Positions 48,800-60,625 of a stretch of DNA of 64,000 nucleotides are shown here, one piece after another (position 1 is the stretch's first letter; each line of letters opens with the position of its first letter). The DNA is from Perkinsus chesapeaki ATCC PRA-425 (lineage: Eukaryota > Protista > Perkinsozoa). Made by a program: the position numbers and the translations under genes. Under the pieces are notes generated by a model, which was given only the letters and a program-made list of their open reading frames with translations, ran no database searches and was not told the origin of the DNA. The stretch lies in assembly GCA_013115145.1 (NCBI GenBank), contig JAAPAO010000126.1, positions 1-64,000 of the forward strand. Direction: 5' to 3'.

Positions 48800-50860
48800 A
48801 TGGATAAAAGCCGTTCTCGGTTAGTAGGGGGAGCAGCGGTGGTGCTGCTCTCGGGGGCAATAGGGCTGGCTTACCTCGTTAAAGAGCGTAAACGATATAA
48901 TAAGGTAGGGCTGGTCTCTAGGTGAGGTATGCACAATCCCTTCAGTCATCATCACCAATCGCAGTAGCAATAGTTGGGGACAGTTTTTGTGACGTGATAT
49001 GTAGACTGGAGAAGGATGATCTACCACAATGGGGGGAGGATGTACTATACCGGGAGACGGCGTGGCTTCGGGAGGAGCTTGTACGGCTTTAGAGGTTGGC
49101 CAAGTCGGTGGATAGACTAGCGGGAGGGTCGGCTCTCAACTGCGCGGTGTGGCTGCGGTACTGCAATCCTGCGGCCACAGTGAGCATTGTTAAAACCTTC
49201 GATGACGGGGATTTCGCGGGTAATAGTAAACGGTGTGCGGAAAGCCATGTTCCTGGTTATTAGGGCAAGTCTTGAAAGCCAGGTTGAACGAGAGTAGGGT
49301 GAAGGTGAGACAGGGGGATAGGAGATCTAGCTCATACCACTCCTTCCCCAGATCCTACCATTAAGAGGCATCCAGCAGCAATATGACAGCGGAGTGTGTG
49401 TATGCTTGTCCGGTACTGAGGACCGTGCCTTCGTATCAAAGCGTAATAGTATGTTAAAAGGCTTAAGAGGAGCTGGTGAGGTCAGGCGGTACCATAGGAA
49501 AGATGAAGTCCAGCGATATAGACATCGACGCCTTCTTTGAGAGCATGTCACATGATGGTAACAACGCAAGCTCTACTCTGGCTTACAGAGTGTTCAGATA
49601 CACCTATACGACATCTCCATTTGGCTGGTTATTACAATTGTGAGGGCCTTTGGGAGGGTGCAGTGGACCTTGTCAGTAGGGCCAAAGCGTAAGGTTAGGG
49701 TTGGTGGATCTAGGGTTTAGTCATCTTGCTCCGCAAAAACCTGCCCCTCAAAGATAAGAAACCGGCACAGAGTGTGCTCTTCGGGCAAATGAATTCTTCT
49801 TCTTCTTTTCTGAAAATATCTGTCGGCGCACGATGTCTCTCTGAGTTGGGTGATTATTATTGAGAGGCTAGGCTTTCGTACTGGGTGTGGGTCATTGAGG
49901 ACCTAGGCATTATAGGAACCCATCAGGCATGAATGGACTCCTATCCTTCATAGTTATACCGAGAATGCCACCATCATTCTTGCTCCCATGTTTAGGGGTG
50001 CTTCATCACTGTGTGCTCCATACGGGCAAGTTGCTCGGCTACTATCCACGTAGTGCCTTTAAGTTATATTTCTCGCCATCCTCGTTATTTATGATATATC
50101 AGTCTAGAGTGCCTCTTGTGGCGTGGAGCAGTTGAAGCACTTTCGGACGTTCCTCCTCCTTCAGGGCCAGCTGCACTGTATCCCTGTCACCTCAGTTCGA
50201 TGCCACTGGTCAGTGGGATGGTAACATAGGAGAACTCCTCGGCTTGATTGACCTGTTCATCTGCAATAACGAAGAGGCTTCCCACATCGCTAAGGCCTTG
50301 GGGGCCACCAAAGGAGGCAGAATCCACGTGCTGGTTACGTGCCTATCATAGCCTAGTCAGATTACGCCCCAGAAATCCTCCCATCGAGCAAGGAGGGTGT
50401 CGACGTGAAGGCGGAGAGAGACGCGAGCCACATCCTGTATCATGGGTTAGCATGCTGCTCTCATCCTAATAAGAGTAACACCCTTGCACTATGGAGAAGC
50501 TATAGAGGTTGTTCCGACTGTAGATCTACAAGTTGTTGTCACTTTGTCTGAGAAAGGAGCCTTTGTGGTGTCGACTAGAGGGCTACACTACTGTTCAGCG
50601 GAGAAGGTAAGCCGGAAAACGGTATCGGGAGGACTAACGTCGCTTCGTCTCCCTCAGGTTGAGCTGGTCGATGCCTGTGGTGCTGGTGATGCTTTTACAG
50701 CCGCCTTTATAAATTCCTGGTTGAGTGACCGTTCCGATGAGTCCTCAGCTCTCCAGGCTGGCTGCCATGCCGGTAGGCTCTCACTAGATTTGGGGCTTCT
50801 CATGGTGGTCCTTCAGGTGCATTGGCAGTCGGAGTAGCTGGCGGATCTGTGACGCCGTGA
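48800..50860 (+). CDS. PfkB/ribokinase-family carbohydrate kinase with a hydrophobic N-terminal segment
   Basis: VAIVGDSFCDV, GGSALNCAVWLR and VELVDACGAGDAFTAAFI (the PfkB anion-hole signature). Confidence 0.85.
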
Positions 50861-51003
50861 CGCGGCTAGCATTAGCTCTGTTAATCATATGTTACGATTC
50901 GCATCCTGTTCCTGTTGGGGTTGTTGATTAAATCTTGCGAGTGCGTTGCGATCGATGTGGAGGTCATGGGTTGTTGACAGCGTTTCGTTCTCGCAAAACT
51001 ACT

Positions 51004-51493
51004 ATGGGCAATTTCTGCGATCGACCCACGGTAGCTAGCCCGGCCAATGACATCCTTACCGAGGAGGAGCACCGTTATATCTTCGAAAAGGGTAGGAGGG
51101 GAAAAGATTCCTCTGAGAACCTTCACAGTGCGCACCCTGTTCAGAGATGCAAGTTCAAGCGGCTAAGGCGATGCAGGAGGGAGGAGTCAAAGAGCTGCAC
51201 TGTGGGGCTTGCGGGAACACCTTCGTATCTATGTAGTTGTATCCAGTCGTGGGAAGGTCGCAGGTTCGATCCTCAGGTCCGGTACGTCTTTCTTCTGTCC
51301 TGTCTGCCGCCAGCAGCAACAATTCCAATCGCCCTTTTCAAGTGACCTGGCCACGAGCACGAGTGACTACATCATCGTCACGCAACAGTCGCCACAGTAC
51401 CAACAACAGCACACTCAACCGCAGCTGCTGAAACCTGGGCAAGAGGTCACCGTCACAAACAGCCCCCCTGTTCCGGGCTATTATGTCTCTTAG
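51004..51493 (+). CDS. Small CxxC...CxxC zinc-finger protein, 3 exons
   Basis: MGNFCDRP...FEK|EMQ...LHCGACGNTFVSM|SGTSFFCPVCRQQQ...; introns 51092-51144 and 51233-51276. Confidence 0.6.
51256..51272 (+). repeat. B-box fragment, copy D, in predicted intron 51233-51276
   Basis: GGTCGCAGGTTCGATCC is an exact 17-mer match to 46968-46984. Confidence 0.6.
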
Positions 51494-51733
51494 TAATTTT
51501 TGAGTAGTTCCTCTTAGCATGGCAGTTATTATCGTTTAAAAAAGAGAATACAGTTAGTGTTGAGTTTATAAGTGGAGGGTGCGCCACGACACAAAAACTG
51601 TCCCCGAAGGGCCAAGACGAACGAAGGGTTGTTGAGTGTGCCGATGATCTGTCGTCTGAGGGCGCTGCATCCGTCAGCCAGCCGAGCATTGCTTTCACCT
51701 ATACAACCGACAGGACCGATCTCATCGAACTTA

Positions 51734-54186
51734 ATGTCTAATAAGCGGGTATTCAAAACAGTATTGAAGTCGCAGCAGTTGCCACAACAGACGGGCGATA
51801 GAGCAGCCGACTTGCCGTCTGATAGTGGGGAACAGTCGAATGCTCCCGAGGAGGCTCCTATAGCCAAGCGGAGACCCTCTGCGGAGAAGACAGGTGAAAC
51901 CTGCTTGAAGGGGGAGTCGCGTGATGGTTGAATTGTAGATGACTTTGTTTCCGCTGCGGACCAGCTAACTGAAGAGCGATCAGCGATCTCTGAAGTAGAG
52001 GAAGCACCGGGGAAGTCGGGCGGTAAAGAAGGCCAACGGCCGATGCTGACTCACTTCGTTGCCGTACGTGCCGGGCTGGCTGGCTGGCTGTCTGAAGGGG
52101 GGACGACTGTTGTATCAGATTCGAGTTACAAACCCGAAGGTGCTGGACTATTGCGAAAGAGTGCAGAAAAGCGTCACTGAAGAGGCCCACGCGATAATGA
52201 AGGAGGCTTGTGTGAAGAGGGAGAAGGTGCATCTTTCGATGGCTGTTATGAGGTATGGAAGCATTACTGCTTGGCTAAGTGAAGGGAGGCAGGTTGGAGA
52301 GCAATGAGAGGGAGCAGGATGCCATCAATGCCATAAAGATCGCCACGAAGGAACTACTTGACGAGAAAAAGGAGATAAGGATTAGGCCAACGGAACTAGG
52401 GTGAGAGCTGGAGGCGTGATAGCGATAACGTTACCATCAGATCGTTCCCAGGCGTTCTTCATTTGAAGATGGATGACGATACGGCAACAGTCTTAAAGAG
52501 GTGGCGCAGGTTTCTGTTATTCCTAGGGATTTTTCGACTTATAGATATTACGAACTATTGTCTACCGAGTTGAGGAAGAGGAACATACAGATGGCCAAGG
52601 AGAAAAGTGAGGCTCCTAGAGCGCTACTGGAACACCGTCCCTTCGCCAGGCTCCGAATTCAAGCCACATGTGACGATCATAAAATCAGCACAGGGAATGA
52701 GGAAGGCCAGGGTAGGCTGACGCTGGGGGCAGTTCAGAGGATCTAAAGAAACTGTCTTCTCAGAAATTCCCGGAGTTGAAAAAGAAGAATAAGGAAGCCA
52801 AGGCAGCCTTAAAGATACCATCAATTGATGACATCAAGCAGAAGCTGGGCGACGAGGCGGAACTTGTAAGTTGGATAAAGCTCACTGTGTGGGGCAAGGA
52901 TCTTATTAGGGAGGCGACACGGAGCAGAAAGTGGATAAGATTGAGTTATGTTCCATGCTGAGTAAGCCTCCGGCCTCTGTCTCGAACCCGGCGAGCTTTC
53001 TTGTTCGTAAACCATTCATCCGTTATTAGAGGATAAACAAGCGGACGGCTTCTTCGCGGTCGATTACACTTTACCACTGGATGAGGATATCGAAATAACT
53101 GAGGACATGCGGAAGACCGTAGCCCCTCCACCTGAGCCGGAAGAGACTAAAGCAAAGAAGGGGAATAAGGCGAATAAAGGTAGGCATCTTGGTGTATTGT
53201 GTAAGTGTATTTCTCCATAGGAGGCAAAAAGGAGAAGAAGCAGAAAAAAGATACTTCTGATAACGGCCAAGGAGGCAGTTGCCGTCTTGAAGTATGCGTG
53301 GAGGGATTGAGAATCCCACCGCCACCCTATCAGGTGCGGGTGACCTCGCCAGACTTCATGACTTTATGCGCGGATCTTCAAGATTTAGCAGTAAAGGAAG
53401 CTCCCAAGGAGGTTATGAGACAGGCGACTCTGAGCAAGGACAAGCTCCGTATAATACTGAATGATATAAAGTGAAACATCTCGCAACACTTATTTGCCAG
53501 TTGAAACGTTTTTTAAAATAGGATACCATCAGAGAAGGTAGAGGATTGTGTGGCGGCGTTGAAGTCAAGAGCCGATGAATTTTTGAAACAACAGGGACAG
53601 TTCAAGTTAGCCGGGGAAGCTGTCAAGTAGCGGGATTCTTCTCGCTGATGCTAATCATAGATATCATAGGTGCATAGCCAAGGGCGTCACACTGCAGCTC
53701 GCCGCTCCTTCATCAGAAGTTATCAAGGGGTGGGTTACGAACACCGTCGTATTATTCATCTTTATTTCCATCTATCTCTTCCCTAGGTTGCGGTCTGCTC
53801 TCGATGATGCTTTGGTTCAGGAAGGTATCACAATCGATGACAAAGGTGTTCCCCTGGCTGCATTCAGTTCTCCCTTTCAACCCCATCTGTCAGGTGACTT
53901 CGAGCCTTCCATCCTATTGGTAAGAACTCGAGGTTTGTCCAATAAGCTGGCAAGGCAGACTGAGGAGGTTTTCGCCGATACCGACGAAATCAAGTCGGAG
54001 ATGGTGAGCTTCCTCTTGCATCATAGCGAGCCCTGATTAGTACTCAGGCATCCTCCTTTGCCACGAGCCTAGAGCTGCGACTCTTCACTATGATAGGTAG
54101 GCTTTCCACTGTCAAGAGGCCGCGTATTAGCTCATTCAGGTTCGGGTACAGTCCTACTGAGCATTCCTCTATTGTCCACTTCTTAG
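51734..54186 (+). CDS. AKAP7-like 2H phosphoesterase with two tandem domains, the second lacking both catalytic His
   Basis: Domain 1: YQIRVTNP...KVHLSMAVMR...EFKPHVTIIK...KIELCSML|KDKQADGFF. Domain 2: LEVRVTSP...KLRIILNDI...DFEPSILLVR...LELRLFTM. The linker exons join in frame. Confidence 0.75.
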
Positions 54187-54377
54187 TGATTGATTATCTG
54201 TCTTGCTACACAATTGATTTTATCAATGACTCCGTTTCCCTTCTTTTCTGTCGAGTTGGTGAGTTTCGATTCCGGATATACTTTCCCGGTTGTTACTAGA
54301 TAACTCAACGTGAGCAGATTATATAGAATATCACCATCATGCGAGTGCACAGTAGAAATGAGAAACTCAGTCTCTAC

Positions 54378-54777
54378 TCATTTAGTGTTCATGGCAAAAT
54401 CAACATACTCAGGGAAGGTAACTGAACACCATTCACTCAACAACAGCGAGGCAATGCCACCACCTTACTCAAGCCATCTTGGTCGACATCCACTTCCCGA
54501 ACCTAAAACAGGCAACTCGATTGCCATACAGCTTTCAGTCACGTACAAACTCGTGCAGGTCCTCTTCGTGGAGCGTGCCTGTGTAGACACTTCTGATCTC
54601 TTGAGCGTCGATGATACCTGAGGAGGATACCTTATCAACTTCAAGTGTAGCGGAAGCCTTACCGTCACCGTCTTGGTCGAACTCCTCGAAGTCCCTCTCA
54701 TAATCTGAATCATAGTCCAGTGCAGGAATGTGACCGAAGAGCACCATCACAGAGACGACAAGGCGAGCAGACCACAT
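54378..54777 (-). CDS. Small secretory two-EF-hand protein, 4 exons
   Basis: MWSARLVVSVMVLFGHIPA (signal-like), then FEEFDQDGDG|IIDAQE and VREVDVDQDGL|ITFPEY. Confidence 0.75.
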
Positions 54778-54956
54778 CAGAAGATGAAATAAAAAGACAA
54801 GTCTGAACTCGACGGGGATTGACTTAGTGAACTCAAGAGGATGGGAAGAATGCCAAGACCCAGCAAAAACACATTTATAGAGAAGCAATAGCATAAGTAG
54901 TGTACGGACAGTCGTCAACCATCTCCACTAGCAGCAGCAACAACAACGATAAATAC

Positions 54957-56869
54957 TTATAGGCCTTCCCACCAGTCAACATATTCCAACTTGGAGCTCA
55001 TTTCCGCCCCTAAGAGAATCACAGCAAATGAGCTTACTCAGATACCGAGAGCTTACGAAGTGTCTCTGTGGCACAGGCTAAGATCTGTCTCCGATGGAGG
55101 AAGTCCTCTGGCATCTCCCCGTTGAGAAGGCTATAGCATCCCCCAGCCTCAGACAGGATAAGCAGGCCGGCTGCGATGTCCCATTCCTTGATGCCCAACT
55201 CAAAGTAACTGAAACGGATGCAATCAATGGCGGGTTTGAAGTTGAGAAGGATGATTATTATAAAATGAAGGAACACGGGATGCCCAATGAGTTCTTGTCC
55301 AAATACTTTCAATCTCATATCTAGCATTTAGTAACGGAACACATATCTACTGTATATCATTCTAGAGATCCAATACCTTCCGCTGTCCCGCCCCAGTATT
55401 CGAAGCTACCACCATCACAGTCACCTAAAGCTTCATGAACGACGCTTCAGAGACAGGGATATACCCTTGTTGTGAAACGGTCGAAAGATTTTCTCTCACC
55501 AGTCTTCTCGGCCCATAGCAACGTAACACAGATCGATGGCTGCACTGCCAACCCTTCTGATATCCCTTGAATTATACCTGAGCATGCCAATAAAGTACTA
55601 TACTCTGACAACGAGCCTGGCAGCTTACATCAACATACGATGATTCTTGCACACAGCATCAGCGATGCGCTTGGCACCTGGAAAGGAAAGACCTTCGAGG
55701 AGACAGTTAAGCCCCTTTAGATGTGCACAGAGAATAATTGCACGGTTGTTTATCCGGATAAAGCGTAATATTGTCGGTACCGATATATTTATCGCTTCTA
55801 ATCATGTTTAATAATTTTCATCTTATCAAACTCATCGGCAGATATCCCCGCACCTACGTTCAGTGTCCTTTTGATCGCTTCTTAACAGAGGCACGTTGTA
55901 GCCCAAACCTGAGGAGGTATGTCGGCAACCTCGTACAACTCTACCAACCCAGCTTACTAACAAGAGCATCACCAAGCTGCTCCCTGCCGGAGGTTTGAAT
56001 CCTGACAGGCTCGGAGGAGTCGGGCGAAATGTAGTAAGATCCTTCCCCAATGGATGCATACCACGACTGTGAAACAACAAACTAGTCGTATATCAGAAAA
56101 GTCACGCGCCGCAAAATACCTCATTCGTGATCGGATTGTGTATACATGCAAGCTTGATCTCTTTGTCAACCGCATAGGCGATAGCTGAAAAATCCAAGTC
56201 GATAAAACTCACCGAAGCATCATCATTATGAGACTTACAAGATGCACATTGCGGAAAAGTGCACACGAAGTTGGTGGTGCCTGAGCCAGAAGTGAGGAGT
56301 TGATGACTGGAGGCGGCCTACCATCGATTGGGTCAATGATCCATGTTGGATAGGAGGACAACACGTCCTCATCCTGAGCCGACTCCTCCGCCAAAAACTT
56401 GTGACTGAAAATATCTCATCAAGGAAAGTGGGCAATTTGAGGCTCACTTCGGAAAGGATTCGGAGATGGTGTTGATGAGGAACTTCTCCACACTAACATC
56501 GGTCTCCGTCACCTGAACGACACATTGCTCGGTGAAGCCTGTCGGGAAACGAACCAAAGGAGTCTCAACGAAGTCAGCACATGCTGTCTACCGGATACGA
56601 AACAAAGCATTCCCTGACGGACTGCCAATCCGGGGGACAACACACAATTATGTGGCGCGTGAAACTTAGGTGCGTAGTTGTCACAACGAGGCAAATGAAT
56701 GAGTTAAATAATAAACGGGCATCCAAGCTACCAGATCGGCCGCCGAGACTTTGCAATCGATGTGCTTGGTCCTGTGAAAACCTTCTTTTATCAGCTTCCC
56801 TGCCTCCCGTGATATCTGTATAACATAATCGATCGTTGGCTCGGCGGCAGCAGCGGAGGAAGCTGGCAT
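54957..56869 (-). CDS. IMPA: Inositol monophosphatase family protein
   Basis: DL|VTETDVSVE, FLAEES, TWIIDPIDG|TTNF and IKEWDIAAGLLILSEAGG are IMPase signatures. Confidence 0.92.
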
Positions 56870-57337
56870 TGGGACAGGAAAAGAAAATCTACCATGAAGA
56901 GCAAACTGCAACTGGGAGCAACCACTCAACGGTGCACATGAACCTAAACCAAGTGGCCCACCTGAGGTTACTGCAATGGAGGCTCTCCTGAAAATTGGTG
57001 TTATCGGGATTTAGATACGTGAATCACGGTGAGCCGCTAGAGCTAAGACAACCTTCGTTGAAGATTAAGTCACAGTAGTTGCCAGAGCTGCAGAGTTAAT
57101 CTGCTGAACTGAGCCCAGTCATGGGACGCTCATGCAAGATAGATTGATCCGAGCTCAACAGGTGATACATTATACAGTATGAGACATTATTATTATCAAT
57201 GTTTATAGTCAGTATAGAACTTGCACAGATGGGTTCAGGGCAGAAAACGAGGAGAAGGCGACTATGGCGGTAGAATTGATAGTAAAATGGACTTTTGGTG
57301 ATGACTTATCAATCCAACCGGCAGAGGTCAATGCACG

Positions 57338-60300
57338 TTAAGATGAAGACATCCCTCGGTGGAAGTGTGGCTGACTGTCAACTTCTTTCTGGGTCGGCAT
57401 TCGCTCGTTTTCAAGGTCCATCGATCGGGCCTCGGCAAATTTCTGCAGTTCATTCTTCAAAGCATCACGACCAGATAATAATAAACCCGGTGCTAACCTG
57501 GTAATATAAATATAATTAATATCAATAAATATATTATAACCTATGTCCTGGGCATACACCTTTAAGATTGATAATAGTCTCATTCTCTTCTCTAAGGGTT
57601 TTAAACATAAGCATCATTCTACTTACCTAAATTAATAATATTAATAACATCATATATACTGTTACAGTCTGTATCTTCTTCCTCATACGGTCTGCCTTCT
57701 CCTTAGATATAGCCTTTCCACTAGCTTCAGCTTCTCTACCTAAACCATATCAGCTCCACCCCTCTCCTACCAGTCAGCACCAGCAGCACCAATCCTCCAA
57801 CTACTACCTCTACCATTAGTACTACTTTTCTCAATAGCTTTGGCCCCCTCGGCCATCATATGTTGATGAAGGCGTGCTGCTAGCGACACGGATTTATTCT
57901 GACAACAACGGCACAAGATTCCACAGCCCGATTACGTACACCCGAGATCCACCAGTAGCTTATTCCAGTCCGACTGCCCGAGCCAAACCGCAGGGCAATC
58001 TTTAATGCTCATACCAAACGAGATGACTACGTTCCCTGTACTGTGCCCTACACAGTACTGGTTTACCATACAGTAGAAAATGTAAAACCGTACCACTGGA
58101 TACTATAAATTCCGTCTGGGCTTCCGGTCTCTGTGTAGTTTCCACTATCAGTTAAGTTGCACTAGTACTACTACTACCACGACGACCGGTACAACTCTAT
58201 GATGCCTCATAAGCCCTATAACCTTATTACTTGCTCCTCCGACAAGCTTGCCAATCGCGCAAGTTTGAGCTGTTGGAGATCGGCCTGTGGCAGTTGAGGG
58301 AGTTCCGCGTCAGCTACATCGGGAGCACGAGCGTACTGAGTAAGGAACAGCGTGAGTGTTCATGGAAAGTATTGAATAGCTACATCTCCTGACTCGTTCT
58401 GAGGATTGAGGATGTAGAATAACATCTCAGTTATCTTTTCCGCTACAAATGGCATAGACCAGGCAAATACATCCATAAAGTTAGGTAGATGATATCTATT
58501 TAATAATAATCATTAATTATAATAATAATATCACTTACGGATGCTTAGTGAAGTTGAATTGTAATATGTTCAAAGTATTATTTTCAAACTTCAATACCGC
58601 TCCCTAAAATAATATTATATTTTATATTTATAATATATATTACCTTATTATTATAAACATCACAATAATTAGGTGCTGAGAATATAGTAATAACAGATGG
58701 GAATCCTGTTGCCTCATTCGTTCCTGAATAGAGGTCACTACAGTAAAGCGATTAACACTAGTCAAAGCTTTCCTCAGTAAAATCACAGTTCAGACGAGGG
58801 TGTCTCACTGACGAGGAGACCACCGTGCTCTTTCGATAAGGCCACTCTCTGGGCGCTGCTACTGATCTGGTCGATTATATAGTCATTTCGGCACAGACTT
58901 TCCGGAGACCGACGCCAAGAGACCTAGTCTATATTAAACCACTTTGGTTCATGTTTACCATAAGTAACTCATCACCTTGGATGCGCAAGTTGAGCTCTAA
59001 AATATCTTTATCCCGCCTCCCCTATTATTACTATGCATTTTATATCCCTCCAACTGTGCCTCATGTGCTCTAATAACTGACAATAATCTGACCAGCGAAT
59101 CCCCATCCACTTTACACTCCACAAATCGTACGAATTTTTCCCTAAGAACTTCGTCGCGGCCTCATAAGTGTAAAAGAAGCTGCAACCACGGACCTACCAA
59201 CAGCGGAATGATATCACTGCCGCCAGCACTACTACGTCATTTGGAACGAAGGATTTCTCCTTGGACCTAAATGCTACTGGGCCTTCCTTCTCCTCCTCTG
59301 GATCGCTCCACAATATATCACTAGGGTAATTAGTAAGGGAGAGACAAGGCTTTATGAAATAGTACCAAAAAAGACCTTGTCGAGGAGGCTCTTGAAATCG
59401 GTTAATATTGTTGAAGTCATTAAGGGTATTCAAATCAGGTGACAAACCGCCGTGGATACAGAGGAATTTCCCTGAAGGGTCAACGATAAAAGGCTGAGAG
59501 GAGTAAGGCGCTACCGTTGACAACAGCAGCAAGCGGCAGACTATCGAAGGACTCCATAAACAACTCGTAGACAGTTAGGTTGTACTTGTATCTGCAAATC
59601 GATCAGATGGCACGCCTATCAACCTTGTGAGAATCTTTAGACGCACCAATGACGGATATAAGATTCACAGACTTAGGAAGTCGAGTCTCAACCGCTGGTT
59701 ACCCTTTTACTCGCATTCATCCCGAAAGTTGAAAAATGCAGTCATTTGGCGACATTCATGATTCCCACGTAATAATGTTATCGTTTTAGGATAATTAATC
59801 TTTAATGCGTACCTATTATAATATTAAATAATAATATATATAATTATTACAATAATAATAACACTTCAACACTAAAACTACCTCTATCAACATAATCACC
59901 AAGGAAGAGATATCTAATCAACAACAAATTAATGATGATGAGTTAATAATAATACCGTACTGTGTTGTAGATGGATCACCTCCAACATCCAACAACTTCA
60001 TTAAATCATAATATCTAATAATAATATTATTTATTAATTTATTAATTATTATTACTGTCCATGTATATCCCCAACAACTGTTATTGGATCTTTAAGTTTA
60101 ACCATATTAGGTTCGGCTGCACAAAGCTCAGAACACCATTTAACTATTCTATTAATTGATTCAATATACAATCTTCCTTCACCAAACTAATAATAATATA
60201 AATAATATATTATTATATATATAACTTACTAAATGCTTTTTCAAACATCGCCAATCTGGTGGGGATGTCTCACCACCTGGGAATAGTAACTCTGGTGACA

Positions 60301-60416
60301 GGGGCTGACAACGAACCTCATCTCCTTCCGCGCATACATATCGTTATTACTGCTCTCGGTGGTGGACTAACACTTCTTATCGGTCGATCGTGGAGAGGAT
60401 CCTTCAATGGTTCCAT
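57338..60416 (-). CDS. CNA: Calcineurin catalytic subunit A (PP2B), tandem copy 1
   Basis: [91 protein letters not shown], and autoinhibitory [15 protein letters not shown]. Checked junctions are in frame. Confidence 0.95.
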
Positions 60417-60625
60417 TCTACTCTCGAAAATAGTACCCAAACTACAGATAACATCTTTTCCCCTTTCCGATGAGCCTCCAAGTCCCCCTGACTTGACAAA
60501 ATCCCAAACCTTAAGGGGAATAGTATTCTTTATAACACGACATTTGCTGTATATTAATAATGGATCATCATGGACTACACAATAGCAGAAATCACACATG
60601 GTGATGGTGGTGCGAATAAAGTGTA

